From: Candidatus Latescibacterota bacterium
GTDB lineage: Bacteria > Latescibacterota > UBA2968 > GCA-2709665
DNA: 64,000 nucleotides
NCBI GenBank assembly: GCA_965219455.1
Contig: OZ244744.1
Coordinates: forward strand, 4,544,001 to 4,608,000
Direction of reading: 5' to 3'
A program made the position numbers and the translations under genes. Shown here piece after piece: positions 30,529 to 39,827 of the stretch; the first letter of the stretch is position 1, and every line of letters starts with the position of its first letter. A model generated the notes under the pieces. That model saw only the letters and a list, made by a program, of their open reading frames with translations. It did no database searches and was not told where the DNA came from.

Positions 30529-31290
30529 ATGAATGATTCCCTGTCATATTCAGTTGCGGTCATTGCAGATATTCACGGCAACGTCGCTGCACTCAACGCT
30601 GTTCTTGAGGATCTGCAAAGCCAACCCTATGATCGTCTGGTGGTCGCTGGCGACCTGGTGCTGAGCGGACCCCGCCCGGTCGAGAGTCTTGACGCAATAC
30701 GAAATCTGGGCGCTCCCACGATTTACGGGAACACAGACCTGTTGGTCTTTGATGAACAGGTTTCCGAGGAAAGACTGGACTGGGTGAGAGAGAAGCTGGG
30801 AACAGATGGCTTGAGCTATCTGAAGGGTCTGCCCTTTGAGTACAGGATAACGCCACCAGGAGGGCAGTCTCCGGAGGATGATCTTCTCATTGCGCACGCA
30901 ACGCCTACTGATGTGACCGGTGTATTGGTTCTTCAACCTGATCAGGATCCGTTCAGGCTTCTGACCGTTACGCCAGAAGAGGAAGCCAGGACACTGATGG
31001 GGGATGCGAAGGCCAATCTGATTGTGGCAGGACACCTTCACTACGCGTCCTATGGCGTTCCGTGCGGTCAGCGATATAGCATCATTGATTCAGTTGGGTT
31101 TCCGTTTGATGGGGATCATCAAGTTGGATATGCCAGAGTGTGGTGGGATGGGCAGGAATGGCTTGTGGAAAACCACAGATTAAGTTACGATTACCACATG
31201 GTTGTGGAGGATGTCAGGTGTTGTGGTGCGCCTTTTGGTGAGTTGTCAGCCCAAAGGATCCTTCAAGCCAGATTCAGGCCGGTCATGTAG
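30529..31290 (+). CDS. Metallophosphoesterase
   Basis: ADIHGN, AGDLV, GNTD, GHLH motifs. Confidence 0.88.
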   Translation: MNDSLSYSVAVIADIHGNVAALNAVLEDLQSQPYDRLVVAGDLVLSGPRPVESLDAIRNLGAPTIYGNTDLLVFDEQVSEERLDWVREKLGTDGLSYLKGLPFEYRITPPGGQSPEDDLLIAHATPTDVTGVLVLQPDQDPFRLLTVTPEEEARTLMGDAKANLIVAGHLHYASYGVPCGQRYSIIDSVGFPFDGDHQVGYARVWWDGQEWLVENHRLSYDYHMVVEDVRCCGAPFGELSAQRILQARFRPVM

Positions 31291-31405
31291 AATCAGAAGC
31301 CTGATGGTGCGCGCTTTATCTCTGCCCGTGACAGGCTTCGCCGTGATGGGGCTGCCAGCGGTTTACAGGCCGTTATGCGAAGCGGCGAAAAGGAAATAAA
31401 GCGCC

Positions 31406-32056
31406 ATGCTGAATGCCATTCTTTGGGACAACGACGGCGTCCTGGTCGACACCGAAGGCCTGTACTTCCAGGCCTGCCGCGAAACCCTGGAACGCCTCGG
31501 CGTCCGCCTGAGCGAAGCCCGTTTCATCGAGCTCTTCCTCAAGGCCAGCGAAGGCCTTACCAGGATCGGCGCCGAACACGGCATAGACGAACAGGCGCTG
31601 GAGCCCGCCCGCATCTGGCGCAACGCCCGCTACACCGAACTCTTGCGCGCCGGCGTACCCGTCATCGACGGCGCCCGCCAAGTGCTGCGCCAACTCCACG
31701 GCACGGTGCGCATGGGCATCGTCACCAGTTCGCGGCGGGAGCACTTTGAGATCATCCACGCCGCCACCGCCCTGCTGGACTGCATCGATTTCACGCTCGT
31801 GCGCGAAGACTACCGGCATTCCAAGCCCGACCCCGAGCCCTACCTCACGGCCATGCGGCAAAACGGCCTCAGCGCCGCCGAATGCGTCGTAATCGAAGAC
31901 TCGGACCGGGGGCTGCGCGCCGCACTGGCGGCCGGGCTGCGCTGCATCGTCATACCGCAGGGCCTGACGCGCGGCCTGGACTTCACCGGTGCCCTGCGGC
32001 AACTGACCGATATCCGTCAGGTCCCACCGCTGATCCATGAGCTTATGCAAACTTAG
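31406..32056 (+). CDS. HAD-family phosphatase
   Basis: WDNDGVLVDTE, VTSS, KPDPEPY, IEDS motifs. Confidence 0.9.
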   Translation: MLNAILWDNDGVLVDTEGLYFQACRETLERLGVRLSEARFIELFLKASEGLTRIGAEHGIDEQALEPARIWRNARYTELLRAGVPVIDGARQVLRQLHGTVRMGIVTSSRREHFEIIHAATALLDCIDFTLVREDYRHSKPDPEPYLTAMRQNGLSAAECVVIEDSDRGLRAALAAGLRCIVIPQGLTRGLDFTGALRQLTDIRQVPPLIHELMQT

Positions 32057-32254
32057 TACTGTTTCAATTAAGTTTCTTGCGTTCAATTCCACCCGTTACG
32101 GACGAAAAGCTTGAGGGGTAGGATTTGGGTGGAATGGATTTCTGATCTCCGGAAAGAGTGGGTGGACTCCGGCAGTGAAATCGGCTGACGTACATCAAGT
32201 TAACTGACAGTGAGGTCATCCTTCTGTTTGTCCGGGGAACTGGAAATCGCACAT

Positions 32255-32345
32255 CATATATCACAGCAATTCCCACTGCGCGCCATTCGGCGCTTGGCCA
32301 AACGGCACAGCCCTTCGGGCTGTCGGGAATTGTCTAACGTTAACA
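32255..32345 (+). repeat. attC-like site with ATC-type R'' box
   Basis: CATATATC...caattccc/gggaattg...GTT at 32339. Confidence 0.75.
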
Positions 32346-32550
32346 GAAAGCACGCGCCAAAGTCAAAACAGGCGGCCGTCCCGGCCGCCAGGAAAATCTT
32401 TGAACCACTTCTCTTGCTTGATGGATTTGTTCTACAGCGAATGAGCTATACGGAGTTTTTTCGACCAGATTTTTCCGTAAAGGCAAGAGTTGGCGGCGAG
32501 AAGACCAATATGAGTGCACAATAAGTGAAAGGCTACCCGGTGACGGTCAA

Positions 32551-33426
32551 ATGAAGCTACACATTCTCGGTAACGGTGGTCCGCGTCCCAGCCGTATGGG
32601 TGAACGCTACGGGTGTTCCTGCATTCTCGAGATCGGTGACGATCGTATCATGGTTGATTGCGGCCCCGGCACCACCTACAAGATGGCACGCATGGGAATG
32701 AGTCCTACACAGGTGAATTCGGTTTTCCTAACTCACCATCATTCGGATCATATCGTTGATTTCCCGTGTTTTGCCTTGCTACGGTTCGATCTAGACCCCG
32801 GCGATCTTCCTCCCCTCAGAGTCTTTGGTCCGCCTCCGACTGTCGAATTCGTCGATCGCCTTTTTGGCAAGGACGGCGCCTTCCTTTCCGACGTCGTTGC
32901 GCGTCGAGAACACCACATCAGCCACCACGGGCACGTGGGGAGAGGCGGAACGCTTCCCCGTCCGGGCATGAAGGTCGATGTATCCGACATCAGTTCGGGA
33001 GCGGTTGTCGAGGGGAAAGGTTGGAAGGCGACGGCTGTACAGGTTCCTCATGTCGAGCCTTACCTAACCGAGCTAGCGTACCGGATCGATACGGATAGCG
33101 GCAGCGTACTCTTCCTGTGCGATGCAGCGGACTGTCCCGAACTGAGGCCATTGGCCAGGGGGGTTGATACATTCGTTACGGGGCTCTCTATGCGCAATTT
33201 CAAGGAGAATGACGAAGATGCTTCGCATCCGATCCGGGGCGTCAGCGCGGACATATCAGAGGTCGTTGACATCGCTAATGAAGCTGGAATATCGAGGGTC
33301 GTGGTCATCCACTGCGGTTCGCCGCGCAGTGAGGACATCGTCGGCAGGCTCCGCCGAGGCTACCATGGGAATGGATATAGCGGTTGTATCGTGCGTCCTG
33401 ACGAGCTTACGACTGTTGAGATATAG
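32551..33426 (+). CDS. Metallo-beta-lactamase-fold hydrolase (RNase Z-like)
   Basis: VDCGPG and FLTHHHSDH motifs. Confidence 0.85.
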   Translation: MKLHILGNGGPRPSRMGERYGCSCILEIGDDRIMVDCGPGTTYKMARMGMSPTQVNSVFLTHHHSDHIVDFPCFALLRFDLDPGDLPPLRVFGPPPTVEFVDRLFGKDGAFLSDVVARREHHISHHGHVGRGGTLPRPGMKVDVSDISSGAVVEGKGWKATAVQVPHVEPYLTELAYRIDTDSGSVLFLCDAADCPELRPLARGVDTFVTGLSMRNFKENDEDASHPIRGVSADISEVVDIANEAGISRVVVIHCGSPRSEDIVGRLRRGYHGNGYSGCIVRPDELTTVEI

Positions 33427-33688
33427 GTTGTGTAAGAGCGAGGAATCGGCCTTAACCCGGCACGGATAATTGATCTTCGACATTCTACCGTATGTTGGGG
33501 ATTTCTATGGAGCAGCTGTGGCGCCTGGCGCAAGAAACCCAACACCCCCACCCAGAAAATCGCGCACAAGAAACAATAACCACTCCATCCTGATTTCTTC
33601 ACAGCGAATGGATTTACCTCTCGATCTCATTGTAAGCTCTGCGAGCTCACGCGAAGATCAGGGAGTAATTCAATACCAGGAGAAACCA

Positions 33689-35146
33689 ATGACGGACGAG
33701 AAAGCGGCCTTCCTATTCATCGACAATACGTTAATCGAGAATCTCGACGGCGTCGTGCAAGGGGTCGTACCCGCAAAGAAGGCTTCGCAACAGCCGCTGA
33801 TTGAGAAGGATCGGGCCTGGGAAGAGGAGTGGCTGATCGGCGGCTACGTCAACGTCCTGTACGACGACGACGAAGATATCTTCAAGATGTGGTACGGCGT
33901 GGGCCGAAGATTGAGCGAAGCGCGTGGCGACGTGGCGGACGGACTGGCCTACGCCGTGTCCCAAGACGGGATCCACTGGGAAAAACCCGTCCTCAACCTC
34001 GTCGAGGACAGCGGCAGCAAAGAGAATAACCTGGTCTTTCCCTTTTTGAGGTGGGGGGCCGGGACAGGCGTCATGAAAGACCCCATCGAAACAGACCCAG
34101 CCAAGCGCTACAAGATGCTCTTTATGTTCCAGAGCGGAGACATGATATTCGCCGGCATTGTCCAGCCGGTCTGTGTGGCGTATTCTGCCGACGGAATTCA
34201 TTGGAACGTGCCCCAACGCTGGCTCAACCCGGTCATTCCACAGGGCTCGGATACCCACCTGGTCGCATATTGGGATGCAAAAATTCACCGCTACGTCGTT
34301 TATCTGCGGGGCCGGCCTAACGTGCGCATCATTTGCATGGCCGAGAGCGATGATTTCGAAAACTGGACCCCGCGCAAGATCATCGTCGCACCCGATGAGC
34401 ACGATCCCCCGCAGGACCAGGAGTTTTACGGCATGAGTTCGCTGGCGTATCGCGACTTTCGTATCGGCTTCCTGTCCGTGTTTCACACGCTCCACGAGGG
34501 GTGGATCGCCCGAAACCGGATCGAAGATTGGATGCCCGAATGGATGAACCGGATGGACATTCAGTTGACCTACTCGAAGAACGGCCGGACCTGGCATCGG
34601 GCGGGCAACCGTGAACCCATTCTGGAATGTGGCCCCCGCGGTAGCCACGACAGTGGAAATGTCTATCCGTCTCATGCCCCCTTTGTCCGTGGCGACGAGA
34701 TCTGGGTCTATCACAGCTGCTCAAACGAATTGCACGGCGAGGGGACGCGCTACGGCGAAGAATCCCGGCGGGGAATCAATCTGGCAAAGATCGAAAAGGA
34801 TCGGCTGGTCTGTCTGAAGACGGAGGCGCAGGGGGTCGTGACCACGGTCCCGCTGAGTATCGAGCCCAATGCATTGTGGATCAACGCCGATGCGACCGGC
34901 GGGTCACTGCGAGTGGAGATAGTCGATCCGTTTGACCGGGTCGTGCCGGGTTTTGGCAAAGAAGACTGCAGACTCTTCTCAGCGAATGAAACAGAATACC
35001 GGGTACAATGGAAAAGCGATCCGCAAGGCGCAGTCGGGGATAAAGAGGGTGGGCTCGAAGAGAAGATGGTCTCACAGGCACGCGGGGGGGTCAAGGTCAA
35101 AGTGTACCTTGACCGCGCCAAGCTATTTGCTCTTTATGCGTCCTAA
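33689..35146 (+). CDS. Five-bladed beta-propeller glycoside hydrolase-like protein
   Basis: LFIDN, FKMWY, YAVSQDGIHWEKP, SADGIHW, GDEIWVY motifs. Confidence 0.7.
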   Translation: MTDEKAAFLFIDNTLIENLDGVVQGVVPAKKASQQPLIEKDRAWEEEWLIGGYVNVLYDDDEDIFKMWYGVGRRLSEARGDVADGLAYAVSQDGIHWEKPVLNLVEDSGSKENNLVFPFLRWGAGTGVMKDPIETDPAKRYKMLFMFQSGDMIFAGIVQPVCVAYSADGIHWNVPQRWLNPVIPQGSDTHLVAYWDAKIHRYVVYLRGRPNVRIICMAESDDFENWTPRKIIVAPDEHDPPQDQEFYGMSSLAYRDFRIGFLSVFHTLHEGWIARNRIEDWMPEWMNRMDIQLTYSKNGRTWHRAGNREPILECGPRGSHDSGNVYPSHAPFVRGDEIWVYHSCSNELHGEGTRYGEESRRGINLAKIEKDRLVCLKTEAQGVVTTVPLSIEPNALWINADATGGSLRVEIVDPFDRVVPGFGKEDCRLFSANETEYRVQWKSDPQGAVGDKEGGLEEKMVSQARGGVKVKVYLDRAKLFALYAS

Positions 35147-35267
35147 AGCCATTTGGGGGTTCAACAATCATCCACGGCGAATAAACTGCATCAAGTTTTT
35201 CGGCTACGAATGGAATATGCCGAACTTTCTACGCAGAATCACAAGTCAGGCCGTACGGAGGTCCACT

Positions 35268-36395
35268 ATGAAGTGGGAACTGCTGCATCCGGACCAGGAG
35301 CAAGCCGAGGATGTACCCTGTAAGCGGGCGGCCTTCGGCGGGATGTTGAGCTACAATGGATGCGTCTACCTGTTCGGGGGGATAAAAGTGATGTACGGCC
35401 GGCCGAAAGGGCCTGGAGATCTTTCCGTCCAGGGCTCATTGAACGACCTGTGGCGCTACGACCCGGGTCGAGGCCGGTGGACGCGGTTGGAAGACCACGA
35501 TGGGCGCATCGGGTTCAGTCCGTCCGATACCAGACCGTGTACTCGGAAGCTCACGACCTGGCTGCCCGTGAACGGCAGGCTCTATCTTTTTGGAGGGTCC
35601 TCGGTGCGGGGCCCCGGCAAAGGGGCGATCAAGCTGAACGATCTCTGGGCCTACGATCCGAAGACAGCCTCGTGGGAGCTGATAGAGCCCGACGACGGGC
35701 GCGCATCAGGAATAACGGCGGATGGGCATCGTCCCGCCGGGTCGGGCGGGATGGGGGCGGCCGTTCTGGGTGATTACCTGTACCTGATGGGGGGACATGG
35801 CGCGATGACGCACGCACAGCTGTGGACCTACAAGGCGCCGGCCGGGAAATGGGAGCACCTGGGGCCTGCGTCGAATGGGCGCAACGGTTGGCCGCCGAAA
35901 CGATACTGTCCCGTGCTGGCCGGCTGGAACGGCAGGCTCTACCTGTGGGGCGGTCGGGACAGTCAGGGTCGAGCGCCGGAGTTCTACAACGATCTGTGGG
36001 AATACGATCCCGACGGAGGCGCCTGGACCTGCATTCAGGAGAACCGGGCAGATGACGTTGCACGGCCTTCCCCTCGGTACGGGCTGGGATACGCTGTGAT
36101 CGGAGATCACCTGTATCTGTTCGGAGGATTTGCAGGAGGGGAAGGGGAGCACCCCCAGCTGAACGATCTGTGGCAGTACGATCTTCGTGCCGGCCGGTGG
36201 GACTGTCTATATCCACACAACGGTGCGGAGGATTGCTCTGCTGGCGCCGAACGTCCCGGTGTCAGGCGAATCCCCGTTATGACAGTGGGGGGCGAGTCCG
36301 TCTATCTCTTCGGGGGGCTGGACCTGGCTACCGGGCCGCACGGGGACGGGCCGCTGGCGGCGTACAACGATTTCTGGCGCGGAACACCGGCCTGA
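35268..36395 (+). CDS. Kelch-repeat protein, copy 1
   Basis: Repeated LYLFGG...NDLW.YD....W units. Confidence 0.9.
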   Translation: MKWELLHPDQEQAEDVPCKRAAFGGMLSYNGCVYLFGGIKVMYGRPKGPGDLSVQGSLNDLWRYDPGRGRWTRLEDHDGRIGFSPSDTRPCTRKLTTWLPVNGRLYLFGGSSVRGPGKGAIKLNDLWAYDPKTASWELIEPDDGRASGITADGHRPAGSGGMGAAVLGDYLYLMGGHGAMTHAQLWTYKAPAGKWEHLGPASNGRNGWPPKRYCPVLAGWNGRLYLWGGRDSQGRAPEFYNDLWEYDPDGGAWTCIQENRADDVARPSPRYGLGYAVIGDHLYLFGGFAGGEGEHPQLNDLWQYDLRAGRWDCLYPHNGAEDCSAGAERPGVRRIPVMTVGGESVYLFGGLDLATGPHGDGPLAAYNDFWRGTPA

Positions 36396-36424
36396 CAGGG
36401 CATTTCTTAAAGGAGATTCCGTAG

Positions 36425-36476
36425 TTGCATGCGAAGACCGAAGTCAATCCGATCCAGTTCGAGGTGATCCGCAACG
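36425..36476 (+). pseudogene. Hydantoinase B/oxoprolinase N-terminal stub
   Basis: MHAKTEVNPIQFEVIRN; a longer copy lies at 48605. Confidence 0.5.
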
Positions 36477-36500
36477 GATGATCATCAAGGTGATGGACGT

Positions 36501-36929
36501 TTGCGCCTTGTGGACGACGTGAGGCAGTCGTTCCATGACAAAGTGATCCGTCTGACCATAATCGGGCGAGGTGGGCCATTGCAGGAATTGGAAGGCGCAA
36601 TCAAAACAAGGTGCAATGGTGCGGTGGAGACACATTGCTTCGAGAATTGGTATTCTCCTGGATGGTACTGGTTGACAGTGCACGATGAGAAGGCCACAAA
36701 AGACCAGGCTATTCGCATTGTGATGCGAGAGTGGGGTCTGGAAGGATCAGAGCTAGTGGTGTTCGGAGATGGTGACAACGATATTCGTATGCTTCAAATG
36801 GCTGACCGCGCGATTGTCGTCTCGAATGCAACAGATGAAGTGAAGAGGCATGCCACCGAAGTGATTGGCAGCAACAACGAGGATAGCGTTGCGAAGTTCA
36901 TTCGGGAGGATTGGACAGGGGCTGCCTAA
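36501..36929 (+). pseudogene. Cof-type HAD hydrolase, C-terminal fragment
   Basis: ATKDQAI, VFGDGDNDI.M, NNEDSVA; motif I is absent. Confidence 0.75.
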
Positions 36930-37080
36930 CACACGCTGCACCCGACCTGGCTATCGGACTGGCACTCAAAGCACTCGAAGCCGGCCATCGCGTCTACTTC
37001 ATCACCCTTCACGACCTCGTCGCAATGCGCCAATCCGGCTTCCCCGGGCCAGTCCCCTTCGCAGACGCCAAACGTTAGCT
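36924..37080 (+). repeat. Disrupted attC-like site containing an IstB-like coding fragment
   Basis: GCCTAAC...GTT at 37074; 36947-37023 translates to LAIGLALKALEAGHRVYFITLHDLV. Confidence 0.55.
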
Positions 37081-37477
37081 GCAATCAGACTCCGAGCCAA
37101 TCTGACAACATGAGCCTTCCAGGTTACAGCACGGGAATCCATCCTATTCTCAGCTTGCATTCAATGCGTCGGGGATCCCCTGGGGTCGTCTTGACCATGG
37201 ATACAATATGGCGAGAACTCGAAGGGAAGGATGCGGATAAGTATGGCGAGTTCTGTAGGTTTGCCAGAGAGTATCCGAGGTGTTACAGGTACCCTCTGGA
37301 ATGTGCCGACTTCCGACTAAGGACCATCCACAACCTCTGCAAGTCGGCGCACAAGGGACTTTCAACAATGCAGGAGCCGAAATTTGAGTCCTTTGAGGTG
37401 TCGATCGGCAATGTCAGGGTACAGCGATAATTTCAGAGCGAGACAAAATTCCAATGGTGTGCGTTGAAGGTCAGCCG

Positions 37478-37577
37478 CTCTAATGCTTCGCTCTATCGGG
37501 GAGCGCTGCTGTCGCGACGCTCCGTCGGCCATTCGGCAACCCGCTACGCGGATGCGCGAGTGGCCAGAAGGTTAGAC
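37478..37577 (+). repeat. Degenerate attC-like site
   Basis: ggccattcggcaacccgc...gtggccagaag G|TTAGAC at 37571. Confidence 0.6.
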
Positions 37578-37668
37578 GAAAGGCAGCAATGGCGTCGAGT
37601 CAGGCCCGTGGATTGGGACGCGGGGCAGGATATTTGCGGCATATCGCTTATTACGATATATTATGTAG

Positions 37669-37956
37669 GTGCACGTAATCTCACGCAAAGCCCTCCGAGC
37701 GTTTTGGGCACGGCATCCCGAAAGCGAGAAGCCTCTGAGTCGCTGGTTCAAGATCATGCGGCAAACTCAGTTTGGGAGTTTCGCGGCATTGCGCCACACC
37801 TTTCCTTCGGCCGACAAGGTCGGCGAATTCGTTGTGTTCAACATCGCCGGCAGCAAGTAACGTCTTATTGTATCTATACACTTCAACCGGGGCAAAGTAT
37901 ACATCCGTCATGTGCTTACACACCAAGCCTACGACCGTGGAGGATGGAGGACATGA
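37669..37956 (+). pseudogene. higB: HigB toxin with in-frame stop
   Basis: MHVISRKAL..FW..HP...FPSADKVG..VVFNIAG, TAA at 37858, then RLIVSIHF...VYIRHVLTH..YD. Confidence 0.85.
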
Positions 37957-38351
37957 GTGTCATTACCCCACAGCTTCAGCGATCCTGGACGCAAGTGAGT
38001 GCGTTACTCAAGATTCAGAATGAGCAGGAATACGACCTGGCCCTGGCGCGGCTCAACAGCCTGATCGATGAAGTAGGCACTGATGAACGGCATCCGCTTT
38101 ATTCTCTGCTCGATACGTTGGGCACCATTGTCCACGCTTGGGAAGAACAACACCATTCCATGCCCAGGTTGGAGGGCGCCGATCCACTCCGGCTTCTCAT
38201 CGAGGAGCATGAATTGACCCAGTCGGATTTGCCGGAGGTGGGTTCGCAAGGGGTGGTTTCTGAGATTCTGGAAGGTAAGCGAGAGCTAAACGTCCGGCAG
38301 ATACGTGCTTTGTCCAGGCGATTTGGCGTCTCGCCCTCAGTATTCGTATAG
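37953..38351 (+). CDS. higA: HigA-type antitoxin (HTH)
   Basis: LTQSDLPEVGSQGVVSEIL.GKRELN.RQI..L..RF.VSP.VF; ATGA overlap with higB. Confidence 0.88.
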   Translation: MSVITPQLQRSWTQVSALLKIQNEQEYDLALARLNSLIDEVGTDERHPLYSLLDTLGTIVHAWEEQHHSMPRLEGADPLRLLIEEHELTQSDLPEVGSQGVVSEILEGKRELNVRQIRALSRRFGVSPSVFV

Positions 38352-38387
38352 GCCAAGGTGTAGGGACATTCTCCGAAACTGCCCGAG

Positions 38388-38470
38388 GTCTAACACCGTG
38401 CCCCCGCCTTCGGGTTTACGCCCGTCCCCCAACCTGCTTCGCAGGTTCACGGCCCGTGAGATCGTTGACT
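38388..38470 (+). repeat. attC-like site
   Basis: GTCTAAC complements GTTAGAC (37571); GTT at 38464. Confidence 0.8.
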
Positions 38471-38566
38471 GCACGCAAGAAATCAAAGAATGGCACACAC
38501 CGACTACCGTGGGGTTCCTTTTTCGTATGTCATAATAACTTTTTCACAAAGCAATGTGGGGACTGG

Positions 38567-38998
38567 ATGGATGAAACGAAATGTGTTTTCTGTGAGATCG
38601 TGGAAGGAACTAAGAGCGCAAGGATTGTATACGAGACGGACTCTGTCATCGCGATGATAGATCCAAGGCAAGCAATTCCTGGGCACATTCTGGTCATTCC
38701 CAAAGAGCACTTTCAGGACATCTATGCCCTGTCAGAGGAAGCAGGATTCGGGATTATGAAAGCTATGATCCTACTTTCTCAAACCGTCAAAAAAGCATTC
38801 GCGCTTGACGGATTAAGCATATGGCAGAGCAATGGGCCAGGCGCTCACCAGGAAGTCCCCCATGTGCATTTTCATATCCACCCAAGGATGATAGACGATG
38901 GTTTATTGAGAGTTTATCCACGGTGGTTAGATCGTCTACCTGATCAAGAGTTGGATTCATATGCAGAACGGATCAGGCAAGCTCTGATCGACAACTGA
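38567..38998 (+). CDS. HIT family hydrolase
   Basis: CVFCEI, GHILVIPK.H, QEVPHVHFHIHPR motifs. Confidence 0.92.
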   Translation: MDETKCVFCEIVEGTKSARIVYETDSVIAMIDPRQAIPGHILVIPKEHFQDIYALSEEAGFGIMKAMILLSQTVKKAFALDGLSIWQSNGPGAHQEVPHVHFHIHPRMIDDGLLRVYPRWLDRLPDQELDSYAERIRQALIDN

Positions 38999-39312
38999 CG
39001 AACTATGCATACTGCTGGATTTCAAGTGCATTGTCAGCCCGTATAATGTGTATGCCCACGACGGTAATTGGGCTGAGGGAGTATCACGTGTGGAATGATG
39101 ATCCAAGGAAGGCGACTGCCTCCACGGATTTTGTTCATGGCTTTGTAGGACGGGAGGACGCGGTGAGCTATCAAGACAAGGCTCTCGATGATATTGTTGA
39201 ATGGATGCGGTTCGAGTGAGTGGCGATATTTGAGACTTGGGATTTCAGTTTCACGACTAAATTGCTCCCGTTTTTTGTGCCCCAATGGGTTGGCGAAATC
39301 CGATAGCACAGG

Positions 39313-39567
39313 GAGAGGTCGGTACAGACCGCGTTTGACCGGGCTTGCGAGAGAGCGAAAATTGTCCAGCGGATACCGACGCTACGGCATTCCTTTGCGA
39401 CACACCTGCTTGAACGCGGGACGGACCTGCGATATATCCAGGTGTTGCTCGGGCACGTAAGACCAAAGACCACACAGATCTATACTCGGGTGACGAATGG
39501 GGATCTCGCGAAAATCCAGAGCCCGCTGGATGCATTGATGGAAGAAAGGGAGGCAGTTTTTGATTAG
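39313..39567 (+). pseudogene. Tyrosine recombinase C-terminal remnant, copy 3
   Basis: [17 protein letters not shown]...[37 protein letters not shown]. Confidence 0.88.
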
Positions 39568-39697
39568 AGACCCACCATAGGAAGCATTCCTGAACATGTT
39601 CGGGCTACAAGCTTCAGCGTGGAATGTTCCCGAACGTTCGCAGATCTTCGGATCAGGTACGCATTACCGTAACTGTTCGGTAATACCGTAGTTAGCA
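39568..39697 (+). other. attI-like element, copy 3 (G|TT at 39691)
   Basis: GTTAGCAGAA complements TTCTGCTAAC at 44147. Confidence 0.8.
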
Positions 39698-39827
39698 GAA
39701 ATCGCCCCCACCACCCCCAGAAGAACCGTGATTGCGTGCAAAAATAGCCCCACCCTCCCCACCATCAACACTCGTTCCTATACTTGGATTTATGCGACAG
39801 CGGAGAAATCCCGAGTCAGATCTTCCC

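Noticed and set aside
3430-39567. Calling the remnants intI or xerD
   Set aside because: The region that would carry the IntI-specific insertion is deleted in every copy, so no gene symbol is justified.
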